Assembly (NCBI GenBank): GCA_964544595.1 | Contig: CAZJBM010000005.1 | Span: 1,324 to 65,323, forward strand | Length of the DNA: 64,000 bases | Reading direction: 5' to 3' | Source: an uncultured Barnesiella sp. | Lineage (GTDB): Bacteria > Bacteroidota > Bacteroidia > Bacteroidales > Muribaculaceae | Shown here: positions 18,789 through 27,608 of the stretch, in pieces | Position numbering within the stretch: the stretch's first letter is position 1 | Layout: every line of letters begins with the position of its first letter | Program-made: the position numbers and the translations under genes | The notes under the pieces: model-generated | What the model was told of the DNA's origin: nothing | The model's input: the letters and a program-made list of their open reading frames with translations, nothing else | Database searches by the model: none

Positions 18789-20558
18789 TTATCGCTTGAC
18801 GGAGATTAGGGCATTGCCGTTGGCAGCGGGGTTCCAGCCGTCGGCGCCGCTCAGCACTTCTTCAGGTGAATAGCCCTTAGCTGATTTGAGCTGCTTGGAG
18901 AATTTCGCTCTCTGAGCGGGGGCTGCGCCTTCACCCTTGCTTCCATACTCCATGTAGCGCGCAGTCTTTTCGTTGGACTTCTTGCCCCAGTTATGCCATC
19001 CCTCAGGTACGATATGTCGACCCATATCGCAATTGATATACACGGCCTTGGCGTAGGGTCGCCATGGGCGCGAGAGATACACCTTGTCCACGCCTGGATC
19101 GGCGGTCAGATTGCAGTCGATGAATGTGTAGCCATATTCCTGCTCCTGGTCGGTAGAGGGCGCGGTAACGTAACCGTTACCTTTGCTGTGAAGCTGACAG
19201 CGGTTGAATAGGGCGTTTGACCATCCGAATATAAAGTCAACCGTGCCCTCAATGTAGCAGTCTTCGTAATATTGACGGTCGCCTTTGCTGTAGGTGTAGA
19301 GCGTGTCCTGATTGCCGAGGAAGCGGCAGTTCTTGAAATAGTCGCGGTCGCCGCTAACGAAACAAGCCACAGCCTGACCTACCTGTCCGGCAGTATTCTC
19401 AAAGGTAATGTTCTCGGCGTAGAAATCAGGGGCATAGATATAGGCAGTTGACGAGCCGGAAGTCGACATCTCTGAGCCGAGAGAATTGAGTTTTGAAGCA
19501 TAGCCGTCGTTAGTTATCACCGCTCCGGTCTGGCCAAGAAGCGAGACGTTGATTTTCGACGGAGCGACGATAAGTTTCTCCTTATATTCACCGGGGCGCA
19601 CGAGGATAGTGGTGCGCACGTTTTTACGAAAATCGGGCACCGCATCGATAGCGTCCTGCACCGTGAAGAAATCGCCGCTGCCATCCTTAGCCACAACGAA
19701 ATCGTAATGACGTATATAGGGTTTCAGTTCGGGAACAGCCTCGCCGATAGCATCGACGGTAAGATTGGTAATCACGCGGCCACCATGGATATTGAGGTGA
19801 GTGTTATCCTCGCGTCCTTTGGGAATCGCAGCCACCGTGTTAGGCTCCACCCATACGAACAGGCTTTTGGAAGCTTCGGGACCCATCCCCTCGATAAGGT
19901 CGCGCGTTATGGCGTTCATATCCACAAATGCGACACCCATTTCGCGGGCCACGTTGCGGGGAGAGTCGAGATAAGCTCCGTGGGTGTCGATAAGTTTCGC
20001 GCCGGCGGCCACAACCTCGGGAGCGCCGTTTGGCTCGCGCTTCGCATCGGGGTTGATATAAAACGCATCGTCTTGATTGATGGCGTTGGCCAATGCGGCA
20101 GTATCGGCAGCGGCTGTGCCGAAGTTGCGACGGACAATAGAGTTGAAAAGCACAGGGATACCACCCTTTGCGCGGGTCTCGTTAACGAATTTACGCAGAT
20201 TGTCGTCGAATGTCGTGCCTGGATCGGTATGGCGGTCGGCCTTCGGCTTCTCGTCGTTGTGGCCAAACTGGATGAAGACGTAGTCGCCGGGCTGAATTTT
20301 CTCAACAACAGCATCCCAACGCCCCTCGTCGATGAAGCTTTTCGACGATCGGCCATTAACGGCATGGTTATCAACGGTAATCTCTTCGGAAAGGAATCCG
20401 GGGAGCATCTGACCCCAGCCACGCTCGGGATTGTCGCCGTCGAGTTTCTTATTGGCCATTGTCGAGTCGCCTATCATAAAGATGGTTTTAGCCTCGGCAT
20501 TGAAAATAGCGGCCAATGATAGCAATGCAGCCGCTAAAAAGGTAATTCTTTTTCTCAT
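18789..20558 (-). CDS. Fusion: SGNH/GDSL pectin acetylesterase (CE12-like) + pectin methylesterase (CE8)
   Basis: IGDSTM, GRSSKSF, QFGHND, DNTH (SGNH); VAKDGSG, GQAVA, QDTLY, GTVDFIFG, LSRPW (CE8). Confidence 0.9.
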   Translation of the reverse strand: MRKRITFLAAALLSLAAIFNAEAKTIFMIGDSTMANKKLDGDNPERGWGQMLPGFLSEEITVDNHAVNGRSSKSFIDEGRWDAVVEKIQPGDYVFIQFGHNDEKPKADRHTDPGTTFDDNLRKFVNETRAKGGIPVLFNSIVRRNFGTAAADTAALANAINQDDAFYINPDAKREPNGAPEVVAAGAKLIDTHGAYLDSPRNVAREMGVAFVDMNAITRDLIEGMGPEASKSLFVWVEPNTVAAIPKGREDNTHLNIHGGRVITNLTVDAIGEAVPELKPYIRHYDFVVAKDGSGDFFTVQDAIDAVPDFRKNVRTTILVRPGEYKEKLIVAPSKINVSLLGQTGAVITNDGYASKLNSLGSEMSTSGSSTAYIYAPDFYAENITFENTAGQVGQAVACFVSGDRDYFKNCRFLGNQDTLYTYSKGDRQYYEDCYIEGTVDFIFGWSNALFNRCQLHSKGNGYVTAPSTDQEQEYGYTFIDCNLTADPGVDKVYLSRPWRPYAKAVYINCDMGRHIVPEGWHNWGKKSNEKTARYMEYGSKGEGAAPAQRAKFSKQLKSAKGYSPEEVLSGADGWNPAANGNALISVKR

Positions 20559-20642
20559 GGTAAGATAATATATGATTTTGACGCGAAGTTACGCAATTGT
20601 CGGGAGTTATTCGTAAATTCGCGTCACAAAAATCTCACGTCA

Positions 20643-21386
20643 ATGATAGGAATGATATTCGCCGCAGGGCTCGGCACCCGACTTAAGCCATTCACTCTGA
20701 GTAATCCGAAGGCACTCGTGCCAGTAGGTGGCCGACCGATGCTTCAACGGGTAATCGAGCGCATGAAAGAAGCCGGAATATCATATATTGTAATCAATGT
20801 GCATCACTTTGCGGAAAAAGTCATCGACTTCCTGAAGGAAAACGACAACTTCGGCATTGAAATCAGGGTAAGCGACGAAAGCGATCTGCTGCTCGACACC
20901 GGCGGCGGGATAGCCCACGCCGTTCCGCTGCTTGAAGCGGGAGAGCCGATTCTCGTTCATAACGCCGACATATTGACTGACTTCTCTATCAAGGAAATGG
21001 CTGAAGCGCACGAACTGAGCGGTGCCGACGCGACTTTGCTTTGCGCGGAGCGTCAGTCGTCAAGGATGCTTTATTTCGACGAAAACGACAATCTGGTCGG
21101 CTGGCAGAATCTAAACACAGGCGAGACCCGGCCCGCAGGTTTCACGCCCGACCGAAGCATGAGACCGCTTGCATTTGGTGGGGTACATATCATTTCACCA
21201 AATTTACTGCAGGATTTTGCAGCAGAGAGCGAGCGAAATGGACGAGTGTTTTCGATCATACCTTTCTACCTCAACATTATTAACCGACACGAAATAAAAG
21301 CATGGACACCGAGCAAAGGCTTTAACTGGTATGACGTAGGCAAACCGGAAACCCTCGCCGCCGCCGAAAAATATCTAAGCGACTAA
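20643..21386 (+). CDS. Sugar-phosphate nucleotidyltransferase (MurU-like)
   Basis: [38 protein letters not shown]. Confidence 0.85.
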   Translation: MIGMIFAAGLGTRLKPFTLSNPKALVPVGGRPMLQRVIERMKEAGISYIVINVHHFAEKVIDFLKENDNFGIEIRVSDESDLLLDTGGGIAHAVPLLEAGEPILVHNADILTDFSIKEMAEAHELSGADATLLCAERQSSRMLYFDENDNLVGWQNLNTGETRPAGFTPDRSMRPLAFGGVHIISPNLLQDFAAESERNGRVFSIIPFYLNIINRHEIKAWTPSKGFNWYDVGKPETLAAAEKYLSD

Positions 21387-21435
21387 AAAAACGCTATAAA
21401 AGGGTAAGAAATTTTGGTAATTCGCGGAAAATCAC

Positions 21436-21443
21436 TACCTTTG
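21436..21443 (+). promoter_or_regulatory. -7 promoter element of rpsP
   Basis: TACCTTTG followed by cg. Confidence 0.65.
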
Positions 21444-21520
21444 CGGCGCTTCAAAACAATACAAAACCGAAGCGGCATCGGGTATGTCGCACTAACAATC
21501 TACAAAACAACAACTTATCA

Positions 21521-22060
21521 ATGGCAACTAAAATCAGATTACAACGTCATGGTCGCAAAAACTATGCGTTCTATCCTATTGTGATCGCCGATAGCAGAGC
21601 ACCACGCGATGGTAAATTTATTGAAAGGATCGGTTCATATAATCCTAACACTAATCCTGCTACAATAACATTGAACTTCGAACGGGCTTTGTATTGGGTA
21701 AACACAGGCGCACAGCCCACCGACACCGTGCGCAACATCCTTTCTCGCGAAGGCGTCATGCTCATGAAGCACCTTCAGGGCGGCGTCAAGAAAGGCGCGT
21801 TTGACGAAGCTGAAGCTCAGCGTCGTTTCGATGCATGGAAAGCTAAGAAAACCGCTTCACTCCAGGCAGTCGTTGCTTCAGTAAACAATCAGAAAGAAGC
21901 AAACGCCAAGAAAGCCCTCGAAGCCGAGCAGGCTAAGAATCAGGCTAAGGCTGAAGCCGTTGCTAAAAAGAAAGCTGAAGCTATCGCCGCTCAGGAAGCA
22001 GCCGCAGCTGAGGCAGCCGCTCCCGCCGAAGGCGAAACCGAAGCTGCTCCCGCCGAATAA
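21521..22060 (+). CDS. rpsP: 30S ribosomal protein S16 with Bacteroidetes-type Ala/Glu/Lys-rich tail
   Basis: [34 protein letters not shown]. Confidence 0.97.
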   Translation: MATKIRLQRHGRKNYAFYPIVIADSRAPRDGKFIERIGSYNPNTNPATITLNFERALYWVNTGAQPTDTVRNILSREGVMLMKHLQGGVKKGAFDEAEAQRRFDAWKAKKTASLQAVVASVNNQKEANAKKALEAEQAKNQAKAEAVAKKKAEAIAAQEAAAAEAAAPAEGETEAAPAE

Positions 22061-22090
22061 TTCGACGATAAGAGCAGTTATCAACCTCAT

Positions 22091-22125
22091 AGCCGCCATT
22101 ATTCAGAATATGCTTAATGGCGGCT
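22091..22125 (+). terminator. rpsP terminator
   Basis: agccgccatta / taatggcggct 11-bp stem. Confidence 0.7.
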
Positions 22126-22224
22126 TCTGTTGTATCTACTCGCGGCAATTGACGGATAATATTTTCCTATCGTCAACTACCTACGATAAGAAGTGTCTAT
22201 GCAAACTCTATCAATGCTGACTAA

Positions 22225-22751
22225 GAGCCTGTCACATAAAATCTGTTAACGCTGAGGCGGTCAGCCATTGAGCAGAGTTGTTCAGGTGATGAGGGAGTGT
22301 ACTTGACGTACACGACCGAAGAGCACGGACGAATATGCCAATGGCTGACCGAGGCGACGGTCGCTCCCATCGCCTGCGGAGCTTCTATGTGAACATGTTG
22401 AAACGATACGGCTTGCGGCAGCTAAATATGCTTGAGCGGAATCATCATGAAGGCTATCTTCGTCATCGCCGCGGCCGTGGTGAGCAGCTGCTCGCAGCCA
22501 CGGCACAGTCTGCGGAAACGATCGAGCCATGCGATGGTGCGCTCGACCACCCAGCGGCCCTACAAGTGAATTGTAACGTTTCACATATCATTAACGCGCT
22601 GAAGGAGCGAATATTACCTCCGGCTCGCATCTCTTGGGCGCTTTCGAATCCGTCGCTTGGTCACAATGCGACAGCATTGCTGCCTCCCGCCGCCTCCAAA
22701 ATCACTACAAGATATGCGACCTCAGCCTAACATATTTTATGGGACAGGCTC
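22225..22751. mobile_element. IS5-family-derived non-autonomous element (MITE-like, 527 bp)
   Basis: 18-bp terminal inverted repeats with 1 mismatch (gagcctgtcacataaaat / attttatgggacaggctc), extendable to about 33 bp; flanks taa/tga; internal transposase fragment. Confidence 0.8.
22422..22556 (-). pseudogene. IS5-family transposase C-terminal fragment (not in ORF track)
   Basis: Manual translation [44 protein letters not shown]; in-frame stop two codons upstream. Confidence 0.85.
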
Positions 22752-22981
22752 TGAGTGTCGGCATTGAAGACATTTTAATTAAGAGTTGGAATGAAATAGG
22801 AGTAAAAAACAACTAAGTGACATCATAGGTTAGGGACCTCAAAAATGAATCTTTATGCAAAGGTAAAGAATTTAGGCAATATTTACCCCCCCCCATGTTA
22901 AAATTTGTTAAAGAATCATTTTTACATCGGGAGGGGAACACTTTGCGGTTCCTAAAAAACAGAGTCGGGGGAGAACGGAAA

Positions 22982-23857
22982 TCAGTCGAGATAGCGGCTT
23001 GTAAGACCACCATAGGCATCGATGCGGCGGTCGCGAAGGAACGGCCACCAACGGCGCACCTGTTCAGATCGGCGCAGGTCGACATCCACAATCGCTTCGA
23101 CCTCTTCATCGGCAGGCGCCTGGAACAGGAATTCTCCCTGCGGACCCGCCACAAAAGAGCTACCCCAAAAGGTGATTCCTCGGGTCATGCCTGAGGGATC
23201 GGGTTCGTGGCCGACTCGATTTACCGACACGACAGGAAGTCCGTTGGCGACGGCATGACCCCGCTGCACAGTAATCCACGCTTCGCGCTGGCGAGCCTGC
23301 TCCTCAACCGTGTCGGACGACTCGAAGCCTATGGCTGTAGGGTAGATAAGCAACTGAGCACCCCGGAGCGCCATCAGACGCGCAGCCTCGGGATACCATT
23401 GATCCCAGCAGACGAGCACACCAAGACGACCCACTGAGGTATCGATAGGCTCAAACCCGAGATCGCCGGGTGTGAAATAAAATTTTTCGTAGTAGGCGGG
23501 GTCGTCAGGAATATGCATTTTGCGATATTTTCCGGCCACAGTTCCGTCTTTTTCAAAGACAATCGCAGTGTTGTGATACAGACCCGGAGCACGCCGCTCG
23601 TAGATAGAGGTCACGATGACAACGGCGAGCTCTCCGGCAAGCTCGCCGTATTGACGCAAAAGGTCGGACTGGAGCGAAATAGCTAGATCGCAGTTGTCGA
23701 CATTTTCAACCTGACAAAAGTACAAAGAATCGTGAAGCTCTTGATTAACAATCAATTCCGCACCTGAGGCGGCAAGCTTACGCATCTTCTCTATCAGGCG
23801 ATCGCGGTTGTCGACAATAGATTGGACGTTATGTTGCTGGATTATACCGATTTTCAT
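22982..23857 (-). CDS. aguB: Carbon-nitrogen hydrolase, N-carbamoylputrescine amidase
   Basis: QEL, YRKMHIPDDP.YYEKFYF, LVCWDQWYPE; adjacent to agmatine deiminase. Confidence 0.88.
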   Translation of the reverse strand: MKIGIIQQHNVQSIVDNRDRLIEKMRKLAASGAELIVNQELHDSLYFCQVENVDNCDLAISLQSDLLRQYGELAGELAVVIVTSIYERRAPGLYHNTAIVFEKDGTVAGKYRKMHIPDDPAYYEKFYFTPGDLGFEPIDTSVGRLGVLVCWDQWYPEAARLMALRGAQLLIYPTAIGFESSDTVEEQARQREAWITVQRGHAVANGLPVVSVNRVGHEPDPSGMTRGITFWGSSFVAGPQGEFLFQAPADEEVEAIVDVDLRRSEQVRRWWPFLRDRRIDAYGGLTSRYLD

Positions 23858-23882
23858 CTATACTGAAGGAATGTAATTGTAA

Positions 23883-24941
23883 TTAAAGTTGATTGAGCTG
23901 CGGAATCTGCATAGTCACGCAATGAAGCGACCCATGCTGGCGAATCAGCGGGCGGCAATCGACGGTTTTTATTTCTCGATCGGGGAAAGCCGCCTGAAGC
24001 GTCATTTGGGCGAGGCGGTCGTTGGCGGGCTGACCGTAGACGGGGAGAAGAATTGAGCGGGGAGTGATGAGGAAGTTGGCGTAGGTAGCGGGCAAGCGCT
24101 CGCCATCCTCGTCGTAGATAGGGTCGGGGAGAGGGAGCGAGAGCAGATTATAGGGTTGGCCTGATAACGTGCGCAGCGATTTCAATTGTCGCTCCATGGC
24201 ATCGAGTGCTGAAAAATGCTCGTCGGACTCGTCGTTGCATTTCACATAGAGAATCAAGTCGTCGGGACAAAGCCGGGCGAGGGTGTCGATATGGGAATCG
24301 GTGTCGTCACCGGCCAGATAGCCGTGGTCGAGCCATAAAACACGCTTGGCTCCTAACGCATCGCAGAGATAGCGCTCTATTTGGTCGCGCGAGAGGTTGC
24401 CGTTGCGGTTAGGCGAAAGAAGGCACTCGGAGGTGGTCAGGACTGTGCCTCGGCCGTCGCTCTCGATAGAGCCTCCTTCGAGCACAATGCCGAGTCGATT
24501 TTCCAATCTACCGGGAAATAGCCCGGCACGGAAAAGCTTGGAAGTGATCAGATTATCTCGGTCGGCGGGAAATTTGAGTCCCCAGCCATTGAACTTGAAA
24601 TCAAGGGTAATGAGCGAGCCGTCGGTCGTATCGACGCAAGTGATAGGGCCAAAGTCGCGGGCCCAGGTATCATTGGTGGCCACTTGGCAGAAAAGGAGTC
24701 GGCGTCGCTGATGCTCCGGCAGATGCGAGAGATGGTGTCGGGGTATGGCAGTGTCGGGAGCAACTATGACGGCAGTCATTTCCTGCGTTATTTTGTCGAC
24801 AATGTCGATGAACACGCGAGTAACCTCCGGAAGCATATATGACCAGTCGGTATGCTCATGGGGCCATGCAAGCAGAATAGCCGAGGCCGACTCCCATTCA
24901 GCCGGCAATCGGCGCGGAGAAGAAGATTGGGTATTTACCAT
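23883..24941 (-). CDS. aguA: Agmatine deiminase
   Basis: RLPAEWE, DTWARD, FNGWG, LEGGS, DTDSHID, ATYANF, HGSLHCVTMQ. Confidence 0.93.
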   Translation of the reverse strand: MVNTQSSSPRRLPAEWESASAILLAWPHEHTDWSYMLPEVTRVFIDIVDKITQEMTAVIVAPDTAIPRHHLSHLPEHQRRRLLFCQVATNDTWARDFGPITCVDTTDGSLITLDFKFNGWGLKFPADRDNLITSKLFRAGLFPGRLENRLGIVLEGGSIESDGRGTVLTTSECLLSPNRNGNLSRDQIERYLCDALGAKRVLWLDHGYLAGDDTDSHIDTLARLCPDDLILYVKCNDESDEHFSALDAMERQLKSLRTLSGQPYNLLSLPLPDPIYDEDGERLPATYANFLITPRSILLPVYGQPANDRLAQMTLQAAFPDREIKTVDCRPLIRQHGSLHCVTMQIPQLNQL

Positions 24942-25174
24942 TCGTCGTAATCTGAAAGCGAATTCATTGCTGAATTACTGTTGTCGTGATACTCCTCGCA
25001 AAAGTTCTTGAAGCCGTTGCGAAGAGAATAGCCGTTTTCCTCACACCATTCGGCATACTGCTGTTGGAGATCTCGATCTTCGTCGGTCATCTTCTCAAAT
25101 TCAGACTGGGCTATGTCGTAGCTACCTGTCTGCCGGATAATCTGAAGGAAAAGCTCGGTAATATCTTCAAACAT
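24935..25174 (-). CDS. Small acidic hypothetical protein
   Basis: 79 aa, Asp/Glu-rich; its stop overlaps the aguA start. Confidence 0.7.
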   Translation of the reverse strand: MFEDITELFLQIIRQTGSYDIAQSEFEKMTDEDRDLQQQYAEWCEENGYSLRNGFKNFCEEYHDNSNSAMNSLSDYDEW

Positions 25175-25440
25175 TAGAAAAAAGTGGTTTCGATTATTCG
25201 ATGTACTGGGTTAAGGTTGGCGGTTTATGGCAACGAAATTAAGAATTATTGGCGATACGTCAAAATTTATGCTGTTAATATTTCGGAAATAGGGCGCGAA
25301 GTGACAATATTTTCAAGCAAACACTGAAATTTAACATTGGCGGGCAAACTTATTGCCCGCGTGAGGCGTTATCTTTGCAGAGTCGTCAAGGGAATGACCC
25401 CGGCGAGCAACTGAATCTCAATCCTAAAAACAACAAAGCC

Positions 25441-25650
25441 ATGAATCAGTCAATAATCATTACGTCTCACGTGCTCAACACGATCAACTCACTTCCCGCA
25501 GAGGAACGCGTAGCCATTGCCAGCGCAGTGGCAGGAGAAATGATACTCGGCCAGCGACTCGACGACTCCGACCTCACCCCGCTCCAGTCGATGATTTATC
25601 AAATGATTCGCGACTATATACGCCGCGACTCGTACAAACTCGCTCAATAA
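25441..25650 (+). CDS. Small helical protein resembling DUF6291 (start at ATG 25441)
   Basis: SIIIT..V.NTI..LP.EER..IA.A....M..G......LTP....IY.MIRD.I.RD pattern; own promoter TATCTTTG at 25370-25377 and downstream hairpin. Confidence 0.65.
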   Translation: MNQSIIITSHVLNTINSLPAEERVAIASAVAGEMILGQRLDDSDLTPLQSMIYQMIRDYIRRDSYKLAQ

Positions 25651-25726
25651 GACTCACAACGCATAACGTTTTTTTTGCGATCACAAGAGGATTTAAGTGG
25701 CTTTAATTACCGAAAAAACCGGATTT

Positions 25727-25755
25727 TCCCGCATTTACACATCGTAAGTGCGGGA
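25727..25755 (+). terminator. Hairpin after the small gene
   Basis: tcccgcatttac / gtaagtgcggga followed by ttttt. Confidence 0.6.
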
Positions 25756-25825
25756 TTTTTCATATCTTTGCGGGTAAAATCACACGCCGGTAGATTCACA
25801 CCGGTCAAGACAATCATAACCAACA

Positions 25826-27508
25826 ATGAGCAATACACAATCACTCGCGCCTAAGACGGTGCTTCGCAGTGGACACCAGGAATATATTATCGAGCGCGTG
25901 CTCGGAGCCGGAAGTTTCGGCATCACCTATCTGGCAAGCTCGTCGATCAGGCTTGGAAACGTCAGCATGACGGTGCATTTCGCCATAAAAGAGCATTTTA
26001 TGGATACTTGCTACCGACTTGAGGACGGGATGACCGTAAACTGCACGCCCGCGACCCGAAAGCAAACCGAAACCTCGCGCGCCGACTTCCTCACCGAAGC
26101 GAAACGTCTTCAAAAAATATGCCTCAAGGCTCCCGGCATCGTTAAGGTGAACGAGACATTTGAGGCGAACGGCACAGCTTATTACGTGATGGAGTATCTA
26201 GACGGGGGAAATCCAGAACCCATGAAGGAGCGCGACGCACTGAAGCTCATGATTCAGGTTGCCGACGCCGTTGCCGCGATCCACAGGGAGCGTATGCTTC
26301 ACCTCGATATAAAGCCCGGAAATATCGTGATGAAAACCACCGAAGAGGGAAACCACATACCCGTGCTCATCGACTTCGGCATATCGAAGCATTTCGACAG
26401 CAAAGGTCACCCGACAAGCCGCATCAAGGCAAAGGGGGTATCGGTAGGCTACGCGCCACAGGAGCAGTACTCCGAAATCAATGAATTTTCGCCCAAATAT
26501 GACGTATATGCCCTCGGAGGGGTGCTTTTCTATCTGCTGACGGGGAAAAACCCGCCGGCTGCCTTCGACATCGCGCCGAATATGGCGCAAATCGCAGAGA
26601 AGCTCCCAGCAGATGTGTCGGAAGCCACCCGCAAGGTGGTGCTCGACGCAATGCAGCCTCAAGCGTTCAACCGCACTCCCTCGGCTGAAGCCATGATAGG
26701 CCAACTCCAGCAAGCACTCATGCTTCTCGACGCGCCCAATCAACCCGCTATGCCGATACCGGCAATGCCACAACCCGCGGTTGCGAACCCCGCACCCGCA
26801 GCGATACCCAAGCCGCAGCCCAAAAGGGCTCAAGGGGGCGACAACGTGGTGGTAGCGGAAGCTGTCAGCGTAGCTCCCAAGCCCAAGGCGCAACCTAAGG
26901 CACAGGCTAAACCTAAACCTCAGCCCAAACCGCAGCCGCAGCGGGTAGCCACCGAACCGCTTACACGGGCAACCAATCGAAAAGAGAAACCCAATCAGCC
27001 GTACGGAGCGAAGCGCAAAGGAAGCAAGCTACCGCTTATAATCGGGGTATCGGTCGGAGTGGTAGTGGCGATTATCGCCGCGATAGCGTTGTCGTCGGAA
27101 AAGAAAAGTCGCCCTGTAAGCCCTGATGTGACATACACTGATAGCACGGTTGTCAACACTTCCGCACACTTCGTCTCGGAGAAAGTATTCTCTTGCCCCA
27201 ACGATTCGGGAACATTTGTCTACACCGGCCCCGTAAACTCGCAAGGACTCCCCGAAGGCAAGGGAAAAGGCGTATATGAGCTCGGCACATACGAAGGATA
27301 TTACAAAAACGGCGTTCGCGAGGGGGAAGCGATATATCGCACAAGAGATGGCTCAAACGTGTTTGAAGGCACGTACCACAACGACATGTATGACCACGGC
27401 AAACTTTATTTCCCGCTGAATGACAACATGTATTACGAAGGAACGTTCAAAAACAACGGTTTCGACGTCGGGCACACGTATAGCAGCGACGGCACCCGTA
27501 TTGATTAG
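25826..27508 (+). CDS. Hanks-type Ser/Thr protein kinase with Pro/Gln linker, TM helix and MORN-like periplasmic repeats
   Basis: LGAGSFGITY, AIKE, HLDIKPGN, DFG, YAPQE, DVYALG; C-terminal YTG..N..G.PEGKG, YEG.Y.NG.REG repeats; TATCTTTG at 25763-25770. Confidence 0.9.
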   Translation: MSNTQSLAPKTVLRSGHQEYIIERVLGAGSFGITYLASSSIRLGNVSMTVHFAIKEHFMDTCYRLEDGMTVNCTPATRKQTETSRADFLTEAKRLQKICLKAPGIVKVNETFEANGTAYYVMEYLDGGNPEPMKERDALKLMIQVADAVAAIHRERMLHLDIKPGNIVMKTTEEGNHIPVLIDFGISKHFDSKGHPTSRIKAKGVSVGYAPQEQYSEINEFSPKYDVYALGGVLFYLLTGKNPPAAFDIAPNMAQIAEKLPADVSEATRKVVLDAMQPQAFNRTPSAEAMIGQLQQALMLLDAPNQPAMPIPAMPQPAVANPAPAAIPKPQPKRAQGGDNVVVAEAVSVAPKPKAQPKAQAKPKPQPKPQPQRVATEPLTRATNRKEKPNQPYGAKRKGSKLPLIIGVSVGVVVAIIAAIALSSEKKSRPVSPDVTYTDSTVVNTSAHFVSEKVFSCPNDSGTFVYTGPVNSQGLPEGKGKGVYELGTYEGYYKNGVREGEAIYRTRDGSNVFEGTYHNDMYDHGKLYFPLNDNMYYEGTFKNNGFDVGHTYSSDGTRID

Positions 27509-27550
27509 CCAAGAGCCTGTCGGACAATAAGTCCATACATACAAAATAAA

Positions 27551-27585
27551 AATGAGCCCAAGTTCTTAAAAAACCTGGGCTCATT
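27551..27585. terminator. Bidirectional terminator between kinase and htpG
   Basis: aatgagccca / tgggctcatt, A/T-rich flanks. Confidence 0.65.
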
Positions 27586-27608
27586 ATTTGTACGGTAAAT
27601 ATTAGCGA

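Noticed and set aside
21780-22060. Long Ala/Lys/Glu tail on S16
   Set aside because: Normal for Bacteroidetes S16
22282-22816. Three ORF-track ORFs inside the MITE
   Set aside because: Off-frame or antisense to the real transposase fragment at 22422-22556
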